A program made the translations under genes and the position numbers. The notes beneath the pieces were generated by a model, which was given only the letters and a program-made list of their open reading frames with translations, did no database searches and had not been told where the DNA came from. From Candidatus Latescibacterota bacterium (GTDB lineage: Bacteria > Latescibacterota > UBA2968 > GCA-2709665), in contig OZ244937.1 in assembly GCA_965222075.1 (NCBI GenBank), forward strand, positions 1,120,001 to 1,184,000: a DNA stretch of 64,000 nucleotides. Direction: 5' to 3'. Shown here piece by piece: positions 48,401 to 58,966 of the stretch (positions are counted from its first letter, which is position 1; each line of letters starts with the position of its first letter).

Positions 48401-50605
48401 GTGAAGGGAAAGGTTGCCACAATGGGCATTTGGGCAGCGCTACAGGTTCTACAGGCCGGGGCGGATGGGACCGCCGAGCCGGACACGGTTGTGTTCGGGC
48501 CGGTGCGTGTGGGCACCGAGGCGGTGGATACGGTGCATATACGCAACACCGGAGCCGTGGACCTCCTGGTGGAGTCCGCCACACTGCCCGACACTGTGTA
48601 CACACTGCCCGCAGCGCCCTTTTCCGGGTCTCCGATTCTCCTGCACCCGGCCGATGTGTTAGACCTCCTGGTCCGATTCGCCCCACCCGATACCGGACGG
48701 TTTGCCGGACGCTTAGAGGTGGGGACAAACGGTGGGCCTGTGGGGGTGGACTTAGACGGCGAAGGGGCCTTCGAGGTGGTGGTGATCAATGAGATCCTGG
48801 CAGACCCGCCTTCCGGGGAGGCCGGGGACGCAAATGGGGACAGTATCCGGCACAGTAGCCAGGACGAGTTTGTGGAGTTGCTGAACATCGGACTGCGGTC
48901 TGTGGAACTGAGCGGGTGGCAGCTCAGCGACAAAGGGACGGATTCCGACAAGCGGTTCACCTTCCCGGCGGAGACCTGGATCGGGCCGGGGGAGCGGGTG
49001 GTGCTGTTTGGCGGGGGGGCGCCCGTGGAAATCGGAGGACAGGTTTTTACGGATGATGGCAAGCTCGGGAGCGGGTTGAGAAATTCCGGAGATGCCGTCT
49101 ATCTGATCGATCAGGCAGGCCCCGATACGGTGGCCCGGGCTACATACGGACCGGAGGGGGGTAAGGACCAGTCCCTGGTGCGTCATCCGGAGGGGAGGGG
49201 CGGATTCGTCCGGCACAGCTTCTTCCCGTCGAATGGGGCGCTTTTCTCTCCGGGGTTGCCCCGAATTATCCTCTCCGGCATCGAGATCCTGCCTTCGGAC
49301 ACATCGGTGGCGCTGGGAGAGACGTTCACCTTTGATGTCAAGGGGATCTTTGGAGATGGGGATGTGCGGACACTGGGGGACGAGGTGAGTTGGGAGGTAT
49401 CCGACACGACGGTTCTCGCGCTGGAAGGCAGGCACGCAGAGGCCAGGGGGTTGGGAGAGGTTAGCGTCACCGCGCTTGCCGGCGGACTGCGTTCACCGGA
49501 GGCCCGGGTAGAGGTGGTCGCCCCCGGGCTTGTCGGCCTGGTGCTTGCGCCTTCTGAGACGCTGGTGCTGGTTGGAGACTCGATTGTCTACGCTGTAGAG
49601 GGGGTCTACCCAGACAGCAGCCGGGAACGCATCGGCGGGGGGCTGGTCTGGACGGTGTCGGATTCCTCGGTGGCCCGCCCGGCGGGTGGAAACGGGGTGC
49701 TGGCCCTGGGGCCGGGGTCGACGGTGGTGTGGGCAGGCCTGGAGGCGCTGCTGGGGACGGCGTTACTGCGGGCTGCCGAGGTGGGAGATCTGAACGCCGA
49801 TGGGGCGCGTGATCTCTTAGACGCCCTCCATTCGGTTCACCTGATTTTAGACGCGTCGGCGACCCCTTTTGAACGGCGCGCGGCAGACCTGAACGGGGAC
49901 GGCGAGATCGATATTCTCGACCTGGCCAGGCTCATCGCATGGATTCTGGGAAAGCCCATCGCAAGCGCAAAGGCAGTGCCGCCGGGCATCGCCACATGGC
50001 GGATAGAGGGTGGCACAATCCTCAGCGTGGAGATCCCGGTGGCGCTGCGGGCGATCTCCTTAGAGGTAGAGGGGCCGGTCGAGGAGATGCACTTAGAGGA
50101 GGGGGGTGAGGCCGTGTTGACCCAACGACGTACGCCGCACGGGACGCTAAAAGCCCTGATCCATACCCTGTCCGAGAAGGGCATGCGGGGTCGGGATAGA
50201 ACGCTGCAAATCGGCCTGTCTTTGTCGGATGGGGGGCAGGTGGGGGACACTGTGGGCGTGGTGAGTATGCAGGGCGTCGACCTCTGGGGCGTCCGGGTGG
50301 GGTTTCAACAGGCCCCGGCCCTGCCGACGGCCTATGCCCTGAGCCAGAACCATCCCAACCCGTTCAACAGCGCCACGGTGATCGCCTACGACCTGCCGCA
50401 GGAGAGCCGGGTGGCGCTTCGGATCTTTTCCTGCCTCGGCCAGGAGGTGGCCCAACTGGTGGACGGACCGGTGCGCGCAGGCACCCACCGGGTACGCTGG
50501 GACGGCCAGGACCGAAGTGGCCGACGGGTCGCCAGCGGGGTCTATCTCGTCTGTCTGGAAGCGGACACCTACCGGGCCGTGGTGAAGATGGTCCTGTTGC
50601 GGTAA
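48401..50605 (+). CDS. Secreted protein: Ig-like, lamin-tail domain, Big_2 repeats, dockerin, FlgD/T9SS-like C-terminal domain
   Basis: INEILADPP...DEFVEL (LTD); GDLNADG...ADLNGDGEIDILD (dockerin); LSQNHPNPFN...WDG.D..G..VASGVY. Confidence 0.78.
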   Translation: MKGKVATMGIWAALQVLQAGADGTAEPDTVVFGPVRVGTEAVDTVHIRNTGAVDLLVESATLPDTVYTLPAAPFSGSPILLHPADVLDLLVRFAPPDTGRFAGRLEVGTNGGPVGVDLDGEGAFEVVVINEILADPPSGEAGDANGDSIRHSSQDEFVELLNIGLRSVELSGWQLSDKGTDSDKRFTFPAETWIGPGERVVLFGGGAPVEIGGQVFTDDGKLGSGLRNSGDAVYLIDQAGPDTVARATYGPEGGKDQSLVRHPEGRGGFVRHSFFPSNGALFSPGLPRIILSGIEILPSDTSVALGETFTFDVKGIFGDGDVRTLGDEVSWEVSDTTVLALEGRHAEARGLGEVSVTALAGGLRSPEARVEVVAPGLVGLVLAPSETLVLVGDSIVYAVEGVYPDSSRERIGGGLVWTVSDSSVARPAGGNGVLALGPGSTVVWAGLEALLGTALLRAAEVGDLNADGARDLLDALHSVHLILDASATPFERRAADLNGDGEIDILDLARLIAWILGKPIASAKAVPPGIATWRIEGGTILSVEIPVALRAISLEVEGPVEEMHLEEGGEAVLTQRRTPHGTLKALIHTLSEKGMRGRDRTLQIGLSLSDGGQVGDTVGVVSMQGVDLWGVRVGFQQAPALPTAYALSQNHPNPFNSATVIAYDLPQESRVALRIFSCLGQEVAQLVDGPVRAGTHRVRWDGQDRSGRRVASGVYLVCLEADTYRAVVKMVLLR

Positions 50606-50606
50606 G

Positions 50607-53600
50607 ATGCGACGGGGGCTCGGTCTGGTCGCGATGGGGTTGGTGTTGGGGACGGGTGAGATCCCTGCGCAGACCGATACCCTGCGGGTCCGGGGCGGCG
50701 TGGTGGGAGTGGGAGATACCCTGATGGCGGAGGTTGTGTTGAAGAATCTGACCCCGATTTCGGGGGCATCGTGGACCGTGGGCTTTGAGAAGGGGATGAT
50801 GACGCCTCTGGAGGTGGAACCAACGGAACGGACGGAGACGATGGAGGCGTATTCCCATACAGCGGGCGATTCTCTGCGCGTGTTGATGCTCGACCCTGTC
50901 CTGGGCAGCGCCGTGCCTCCAGGGGAGGGGGCCATCGCCCGGGTGCGTTTCCTGGTTGACGGTGCGGCGAGGATTGGGGTCTACCCCCTGCGCCTGATCC
51001 AGGCCGACCTGGGCGACGATGCCCATCCCCCCGGGAAGATCGAGCCGGTCCGGATCGACGGAGAGGTCACGGTGACCGGCTTTGTGGCGCGTATGGGGCA
51101 GGCCATGGGGTTGCCGGGAGATACGGTGGCTGTTGCGCTGATGCTGAAGAACCCCGAGCCGGCCGCCGGGCTTCAGGTGGAGCTGGCATGGGCCGGGGAG
51201 GTGCTTGCGTTCGTGGACGCCGCGTCCGAGGGTCGGGGAGGCGATTTCACCGCCTACGGGAGGTCCCGGCAGGCGGGGCAGGCTACGGTCTTGCTGACCG
51301 ACCTGTCGGGGACCTCCCTGTTGCCGGCCGGTGAGGGCGCTGTGCTCCACGTGCGGTTGCGGATTGTCGATGATGCAGCCGTTGGTGAGGTCCCGCTCCG
51401 GATCGCCCGTGCGCTGCTGCCGGATCCTGAAGGCAGGGCCCTGCCGGTCGTCGCCAGGGCAGGGAAAATTGAGGTTATGTTCCGTCCGAACCGATCTCCA
51501 AAACTCATTCTGCCAGAGACTGTTTTCGCTATTGAAGACTCTGGTTTCGTATGGCCGATTCCGGCTTCGGATTCCGATGGGGATGTATTGACCTTCACCC
51601 TCACATCGGCGCCCGGATGGGTGGGGTTGGATGCCGAAGCAGACCTCCTGATCGGCACGCCCGGGGATGCCGATGTGGGGGTACACGACGTGCGGATCCG
51701 TGTCTCAGACGGCGAAGCTGAAATAGAAGGCACCGTCCAAATCGAGGTCCTGAACAGGGCGCCTGAGATCGTGGGCACCCCACCCCTGCGGGCACGGGTG
51801 GGGACGACCTACCGCTACTCCCCGCAGATCCATAATCTGGACGGGGGACAGATCCGGATGGAGACTGAGACAGAGGGTGTTAGGCTGGATGCTTCGACCG
51901 GGGCACTCTTGTGGACGCCGACCCGGGCGGGAGATGCGATGTTCTCCCTCATCGCATCCGACCCCCACGGGGCAGAGGCCGTACAGACCTTCACCCTATC
52001 GGTAGAGGCCCGGCCTCAAGTCGTTATCGATGAGATCCTGGCAGATCCCCCCCCCGGGCTGGAAGGCGATGCCAACGGCGATGGCCTCGAGACAGCAAGG
52101 CAGACGAGTTCGTGGAGGTGCTCAACCTGGGGGCAGAAGCGGTAAATATCGGCGGGTGGACATTGAGCGACGACGATGTCTCGGAAGCCCGGCGGTTCCG
52201 TTTTCCAAAAGGTACGGTGCTGGGGTCTCTTGAGCGTGGGGTGTTGTTTGGGGGTGGGGAGCCGTTGGGGGTTCCCTTGTATTTGTTGACGATGGGAGCA
52301 TCGGCAATGGGGAATTCGGGGGATGTGGTGCTGCTGATCGATCCGGCCTTTGACGATACGGTGGCCTATGTCGCGGGTGGAAGGGAACCTGAATACGTCC
52401 CTTGCCCGGCAGGCAACCGGAGCCTACGCGCCGGATACCTTTCCCGGAAACGGGCGCTTTTCTCCAGGGCTTCCCCGTCCGATGCTGGAGTGGCTGGAGT
52501 TGACGGATTCCCTGCAGATAGGCGCAAGGGGCGTTGTGAAGGCAATTGCGCACTACAGCGAGACCCACCGAGAAGTGACGGGAGAGGTGAGCTGGCGTGT
52601 GGATTCGGACCTGAAGGTGGAAGGGAATGGAGAGCATCGGGGTATCTGTCGGTCGTGCAGAGATTTCCGGGACGTGGTATACGGCTGTGGCAAAACAGGA
52701 GAGATCGAGACCAAACCAGGCGCCTGTGTTGCCCCCGCAGACGGCCCTGGAGGATCAGGCTGGCCGCCTCGACCCGGACGGGGCACTGGTATCCGGCCCG
52801 GCCTGGCTTCGGTGGACGTGAGCGGGAGACCGGCAGACGCGGGAGGGGCCGGGGTGGTGGTGGCGGTAACCGACCGTGCCTGGAGACGCCCTTTGAAATC
52901 AAGGTGGAGATGGGCACCCCACCCCTGCGGGCACGGGTGGGGACGACCTACCGCTACTCCCCGATCCATCAGATCCGGATGGAGACTGAGACAGAGGGTG
53001 TTAGGCTGGATGCTTCGACCGGGGCACTCTTGTGGACGCCGACCCGGGCGGGAGATCGCATCCGACCCCCACGGGGCAGAGGCCGTACAGACCTTCACCC
53101 TATCGGTAGAGGCCCGGCCTCAAGTCGTTATCGATGAGATCCTGGCAGATCCCCCCCCCGGGCTGGAAGGCGATGCCAACGGCGATGGCCTGCGAGACAG
53201 CAAGGCAGACGAGTTCGTGGAGGTGCTCAACCTGGGGGCAGAAGCGGTAAATATCGGCGGGTGGACATTGAGCGACGACGATGTCTCGGAAGCCCGGCGG
53301 TTCCGTTTTCCAAAAGGTACGGTGCTGGGGTCTCTTGAGCGTGGGGTGTTGTTTGGGGGTGGGGAGCCGTTGGGGGTTCCGGGGCTTGTATTTGTTGACG
53401 ATGGGAGCATCGGCAATGGGCTGACGAATTCGGGGGATGTGGTGCTGCTGATCGATCCGGCCTTTGACGATACGGTGGCCTATGTCGACTACCGGGTGGA
53501 AGGGAACCTGAATACGTCCCTTGCCCGGCAGGCAACCGGAGCCTACGCGCCGCACGATACCTTTCCCGGAAACGGGCGCTTTTCTCCAGGGCTTCCCCGT

Positions 53601-56600
53601 CCGATGCTGGAGTGGCTGGAGTTGAACGCGCCGGATTCCCTGCAGATAGGCGCAAGGGGCGTTGTGAAGGCAATTGCGCACTACAGCGACGAGACCCACC
53701 GAGAAGTGACGGGAGAGGTGAGCTGGCGTGTGGATTCGGCCCACCTGAAGGTGGAAGGGAATGGAGAGCTGATCGGGGTATCTGTCGGTCGTGCAGAGAT
53801 TTCCGGGACGTGGTATACGGCTGTGGCAAAACAGGAGATCGCGGTGATCGATCGACCAAACCAGGCGCCTGTCGTAGCGCCGGTGCCCCCGCAGACGGCC
53901 CTGGAGGATTCGGTGTTTCAGGTTCATCTGGCCGCCTCAGACCCGGACGGGGACGCGCTGAGCTTCCGTCTGGTATCCGGCCCGGCCTGGCTGTCGGTGG
54001 ACGATACCGGGAGGGTGAGCGGGAGACCGGCAGACGCGGACGTGGGAGGGGCCGGGGTGGTGGTGGCGGTAACCGACGGACGGGTGCGGCTGGAGACGCC
54101 CTTTGAAATCAAGGTGCTCAACCGTCCACCCAGGATCGTGGGCACCCCACCCCTGCGGGCACGGGTGGGGACGACCTACCGCTACTCCCCGCAGATCCAT
54201 AATCTGGACGGGGGACAGATCCGGATGGAGACTGAGACAGAGGGTGTTAGGCTGGATGCTTCGACCGGGGCACTCTTGTGGACGCCGACCCGGGCGGGAG
54301 ATGCGATGTTCTCCCTCATCGCATCCGACCCCCACGGGGCAGAGGCCGTGCAGACCTTCACCCTATCGGTAGAGGCCCGGCCTCAAGTCGTTATCGATGA
54401 GATCCTGGCAGATCCCCCCCCCGGGCTGGAAGGCGATGCCAACGGCGATGGCCTGCGAGACAGCAAGGCAGACGAGTTCGTGGAGGTGCTCAACCTGGGG
54501 GCAGAAGCGGTAAATATCGGCGGGTGGACATTGAGCGACGACGATGTCTCGGAAGCCCGGCGGTTCCGTTTTCCAAAAGGTACGGTGCTGGGGTCTCTTG
54601 AGCGTGGGGTGTTGTTTGGGGGTGGGGAGCCGTTGGGGGTTCCGGGGCTTGTATTTGTTGACGATGGGAGCATCGGCAATGGGCTGACGAATTCGGGGGA
54701 TGTGGTGCTGCTGATCGATCCGGCCTTTGACGATACGGTGGCGAAGGCCGTGTACAGGGTTGATAAGAATCTGGACCAGTCTCTGGTGCGAGACAGCACG
54801 CGCTGGGTCGGACACGCGGAGCCTCCCGGGGTGGGCCTTTTTTCGCCGGGCCGCCCCCGCGAAACGGCCGCGAGCCGGACAAAACGCCCGCCCGGGCGCC
54901 GGCCGGAAGGGGTGGTGATCAATGAAATCCTGGCCGATCCGCCTTCCGGTGCGGCAGGAGACGCCAATGGGGACGGGGTGCGCCACGGGTTTGAGGATGA
55001 GTTCGTCGAACTCTGGAATTCCGGGACGGAGCCGGCCGATTTGAGCGGGTGGCGGCTGGGAGATGACGATGTGGGACCGGATCGGCTCTTCCAGTTTCCG
55101 GAAGACAGCCTCCTGCCGGTGGGAGGGTATTTGACCCTCTTCGGCGGTGGAAGTCCACAGGGGGTTCCGGGAGGCGTGGTTGTGGACGATGGGCGGATCG
55201 GGGACGGGCTTTCCAACGCCGGAGACCGGGTGGTGCTGGTCTCTGCAGATGGCGTTGATACGCTGCATGGGGTGAGCTTTGGGAAGGGCCGGCCGGGGAT
55301 CTCATGGGTTCGGGGGGAAGATGGGACGCTGGTGGAACACGATCGGCTGCCCGGAAAGGGGGCGTTCTCTCCGGGATATTCCCGGCCGGAGCTTACAGGC
55401 CTCCGGTTGCTGCCGGATAGCCTGCGCCTGACGCCCGGCACAGAGGGGACCTTCCGAGCTTTCGGCGGATTCGGCGACTCGACCGAAGTCGACCTGACAG
55501 CGTGGGTGCGGTGGACCGTGGAGGATTCCACGGTGGCGGAGGTGGATTCGATGGGCACTGTAGAGGGGTTGGCCGAGGGGGGTACGGGTCTGACAGCGTA
55601 CTGGGGAGAGCGCATGGAGGCCCTCGCCTGGGTGGAAGTCGGCCCGGCCCTGATCCGGGAGGGGGCCGATTCGCTTGGGGTCGCAGATTCCACAGGCGTC
55701 TCAACTCGGGATTCTACCGGGCACGGACCGACTGCCGACGGTGGGCCTGGGCTGAACCGGCCGCCGGAGATCCTCTCTTTACCCGATACGGTCGCTGTAG
55801 TCGGCCTGAGGTACCGGTATCGACCAAGGGCCGAAGATCCCGACGGCGATCCGGTCTCCCTGCATGCGCCGGTGCGGCCCGATTGGCTGGCGCTGGACGG
55901 GGAGATCCTGGAGGGGGTGCCGCTGCCGGGAGATGTCGGAAACCCGGAGGTTGTTGTGGAGGCCAGCGACGGACAAGATCGGTCGGAGCAGCGCTTTCGC
56001 ATCCGGGTACTGGAGCCGGAGGGTCTGCTGGGGGGGATGCCGGACAGTCTGGCCTTTGTGGGACTGACCTGGCGCTGGCCGCTCGTTTTGAAGGGGGATT
56101 TCGAAGTCCAGGTGGAAGGGGGACCTGTGCTGGCGCGCTCGGGCAGGGTATTGATCTGGCGGCCACGCCCGGAAGATGAAGGGGAACGGATTGTGGCGGT
56201 GTCGGTTAGCGGAAACAGTTTTGAGGAACAGGTGATGGTCTATCGGGTATTTGTGCTGCCCCGTCCACACTTACAGGTGACGGAGATCCTGGTCGATCCA
56301 CCCCAGGATATGGATGGGGACGGGGTGGTGGACGCGTTGAAGGATCAGTTTGTTGAACTGTTCAATGCCGGGGGGCATCCAGTGGATCTGTCGGGCTGGT
56401 CGCTTGGCGACGACGACGGCGCTCCGTTCCGATTTCCGGTGGGGTCGGTGATCCCGCCTCAAGGCCTGTTCACGCTGTTCGGCGGAGGCACCACGGACAT
56501 CGATGCGGGGCGGTTTTCGGCCGGGGGCCGGATTGGGAACGGGCTGGCGGGGTCGGACCGCATCCTCCTGATCGCCCCTTCGGGGCCCGATACCCTGATC

Positions 56601-57074
56601 GATACCGGGTACAGCGGGGGGAAGGTGGGGGCGTCGCTGGTGCCGGACCCGCGCCAGCAGGGACAGTGGGTCGCCCATACGGCCGTGTCGAACCGCCGCT
56701 TTTCCCCAGGAACGGTGGAGACGGTCGTCCCGACGGAGGCGGATACATCGGAAGCACACCCGGCCGGGGCCGACGCCCTCACATCCGCAGATGCGGATAC
56801 ATCCTCAAGATTCGAGCCTCCAACCCCAAATCCCTTCAACCAGAGCACGAGGGTCGGGTTCCGGACGGACGGCGGGGAAGTCCGGCTGACGGTTTTCAGC
56901 ATCCTGGGCCAGCCTGTGCGCCGACTCGTCCGGGAAGACTTCCCGCCCGGGCGCCACCGGGTGGTCTGGGATGGAAGGGACGATACGGGCCGGCCGGCCG
57001 GCTCGGGGGTCTACCTGATCTGTATTGAGACAGGTAAAACCACCCATACGATGCGTGTGCTGCTTCTTCAGTAG
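50607..57074 (+). CDS. Very large secreted protein: 2 cohesin-like domains, cadherin/Ig-like repeats, multiple lamin-tail domains, FlgD-like C-terminus; reading frame broken in ~52085-53060
   Basis: ORFs 50607-52145 and 52350-57074 are parts of one repetitive protein; cohesin-like GDT..V...LKN...G.G....V.F; repeated EILADPP LTDs; PNPFN C-terminal domain. Confidence 0.7.
51767..54740 (+). repeat. Intragenic tandem repeat, ~2.4 copies, intact period 1263 bp
   Basis: ggtagaggcc anchor at 52001, 53105 and 54368; copies nearly identical at nucleotide level. Confidence 0.9.
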
Positions 57075-57110
57075 CAGCAGAAATTTCACCAGTGAAAGGA
57101 GGTGAGAGAA

Positions 57111-57371
57111 ATGGCACAGCCTGAAATCACGTTCCGGCACGGTGCGTGCAGCGCCTCGATTTTCCAGAAGGACTATCAGCGGGGCGAGGAGTCGTTTTCG
57201 GTACGAAATGTCTCGTTCCAGCGGCGTTATCGGGATAAGAACGGAGACTGGCAGACAACCAACTCTCTGAATGTCAACGATATCCCGAAGGCCGTCGTAG
57301 TGCTGAACAAGGCGTATGAGTACCTGACGTCCAACGGACACGCTGAGGCCGAGGTCGAGGCCAAGGCATAG
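57111..57371 (+). CDS. Small hypothetical protein, possible PC4/Whirly-like ssDNA-binding fold
   Basis: SD aaggaggt; P...FR.G...ASIF...VSFQRRY.DK.G.W..T.SL...D. Confidence 0.55.
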   Translation: MAQPEITFRHGACSASIFQKDYQRGEESFSVRNVSFQRRYRDKNGDWQTTNSLNVNDIPKAVVVLNKAYEYLTSNGHAEAEVEAKA

Positions 57372-57377
57372 CGTGGA

Positions 57378-57410
57378 CCTGCCTGCGCAGCGCACCGCGC
57401 TGCAGGCAGG
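57378..57410. repeat. 33-bp CCTG..CAGG palindromic element
   Basis: cctgcctgcgcagcgcaccgcgctgcaggcagg; 1 substitution versus 35662-35694. Confidence 0.9.
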
Positions 57411-57672
57411 TAAACAGGGGCCGATTGCACAGGAGGGGAGGTCGTCGGAACGGCGGCGTCTCCTCCTGTTTTTGGGCGCAGAAGCAGGAGAAGGCCTTAT
57501 ATCCCTCCCTCCGTGCATTTCCGTTGCATTTCCTTCCCAAGCACATTATCTTCCCGTCGTAACAGCTTCACGATTGTGCTTCGAACGATTTATCCCTATC
57601 TTAAATCTTAAGGCAAAGGTGTTGTTACAGGGCCGATTGAGGCTGTTTCACGAAAAGATTCGGGGCATTCGT

Positions 57673-58593
57673 ATGGAGGATATGATTCAGGAAATCAGGA
57701 CATCTGTGCTCAAGTTGACGCGTGAGCTGGATAATTTTCAGGATATTGCGTGGTACATTAAACCGCCTCCGGGAGAGATTCCGGAGTTGAACGGCATTGA
57801 CGTGTACGGGGAGTCTCTGCCACTGAACGGGATTATCGGTGGGGATCATATCATTTATGTGGATTTTAAAAAGCGCTACGATTTAGAGGCCCGGATCCGG
57901 CAAGCGCAGGAAGAAGGCCGCCGGGAGGTGGTGGAGAGTCTGATGCGCTGCCAGGGGAAGGCCGGGATTGCGGTGGTGGACGTTTCGGGACATCAGATTA
58001 CGGATGCGCTGCTGGCCGCCATGTTGCACCAGGCGTTCTTGCTGGGGGCGATTTACGAATTGGACCACAATGGCCAGATTACAGAACGGCTGTTTGAGAA
58101 CCTGAACACCCGGTTTTACAACTCGTCCAGCGTAAGCAAGTTTTTGACGATGATTTACGGTGAGATTTCGGAAGATGATACCTTCAGATTTGTCTCTGCG
58201 GCCCACCCGTCACCGATTGTGTTTTCCAACGAATACGACCGGATTGTGGACGTCAGCAGGGATCTGTGTACGGTCTTTCCCCCCATCGGCACGCTGCCTT
58301 CTCAGGAGGATATCGACCGCAGGGCCGTACAGAGTGTGCTTGGTTATAAGGAGAGGTATGAGGTCAATGAGTGGAGGTTGATGGGATCGGGAGACATTCT
58401 GCTGCTGTATACGGACGGTCTTTCCGAACACACCAGAGGGGATGAGTATTATTTCCCCACCCATCTGGAAACAAAGTTTCGGGAGGTGAAGAGCCGGTCT
58501 GCTAAAGAGATCTTTGAGGCGATCAAGGTGGACCTGATGGCGTTCAATAAGCCCTCGGACGATATCAGCTATGTGGTGATTAAGAGAAAGTGA
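57673..58593 (+). CDS. PP2C/SpoIIE-family phosphatase (stand-alone)
   Basis: IGGD, VDVSGH, SAAHP, LLLYTDGLSE, DDIS. Confidence 0.85.
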   Translation: MEDMIQEIRTSVLKLTRELDNFQDIAWYIKPPPGEIPELNGIDVYGESLPLNGIIGGDHIIYVDFKKRYDLEARIRQAQEEGRREVVESLMRCQGKAGIAVVDVSGHQITDALLAAMLHQAFLLGAIYELDHNGQITERLFENLNTRFYNSSSVSKFLTMIYGEISEDDTFRFVSAAHPSPIVFSNEYDRIVDVSRDLCTVFPPIGTLPSQEDIDRRAVQSVLGYKERYEVNEWRLMGSGDILLLYTDGLSEHTRGDEYYFPTHLETKFREVKSRSAKEIFEAIKVDLMAFNKPSDDISYVVIKRK

Positions 58594-58612
58594 AGCGAGG
58601 TAGAGCCGGGTT

Positions 58613-58915
58613 ATGGATATGGGATTGCAGGATAAGGTGGCGATTGTGGGGGGTGCGAGCCGGGGGCTGGGGAAGGGGTGTGCGATGGGGCTGGCCTTAG
58701 AGGGCGCGCGTGTAGCGATATGTGCCAGGCATGCGGGGCGGCTGGAAGCGACAGCACAGGAGATCAGGGAGGCCTCCGGTTCGCCCGTTCTTACGGTTGT
58801 AGGGGATCTTGCCAGGATCGCGGATTATGTGGTCTTTCTGGCGTCTGAAAGGTCGGGGTATATCACGGGTACCTCGCTGGCGGTGGACGGGGGGTTTGTG
58901 AAGGCGCTGCTTTGA
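58613..58915 (+). pseudogene. SDR oxidoreductase with large in-frame internal deletion
   Basis: GGASRGLG N-terminus joined directly to VFLASERSGYITG..L.VDGG C-terminus; NNAG and YxxxK missing; 100 aa. Confidence 0.8.
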
Positions 58916-58966
58916 GCGTGAAGCGTGAGAGCGTAGAGTGGGACGTATTTGTCAAGGGGGAACGCT

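Noticed and set aside
52112-53137. Separate 341-aa gene or programmed frameshift
   Set aside because: Mosaic of frames from the deletion-riddled repeat copy; too many shifts for programmed recoding
51767-54740. Diversity-generating retroelement TR/VR pair
   Set aside because: Differences are deletions rather than adenine-specific substitutions, and no reverse transcriptase is present
57373-57672. N-terminal extension of the PP2C ORF
   Set aside because: Runs through the palindrome and promoter-like DNA; ATG at 57673 or nearby is the more plausible start
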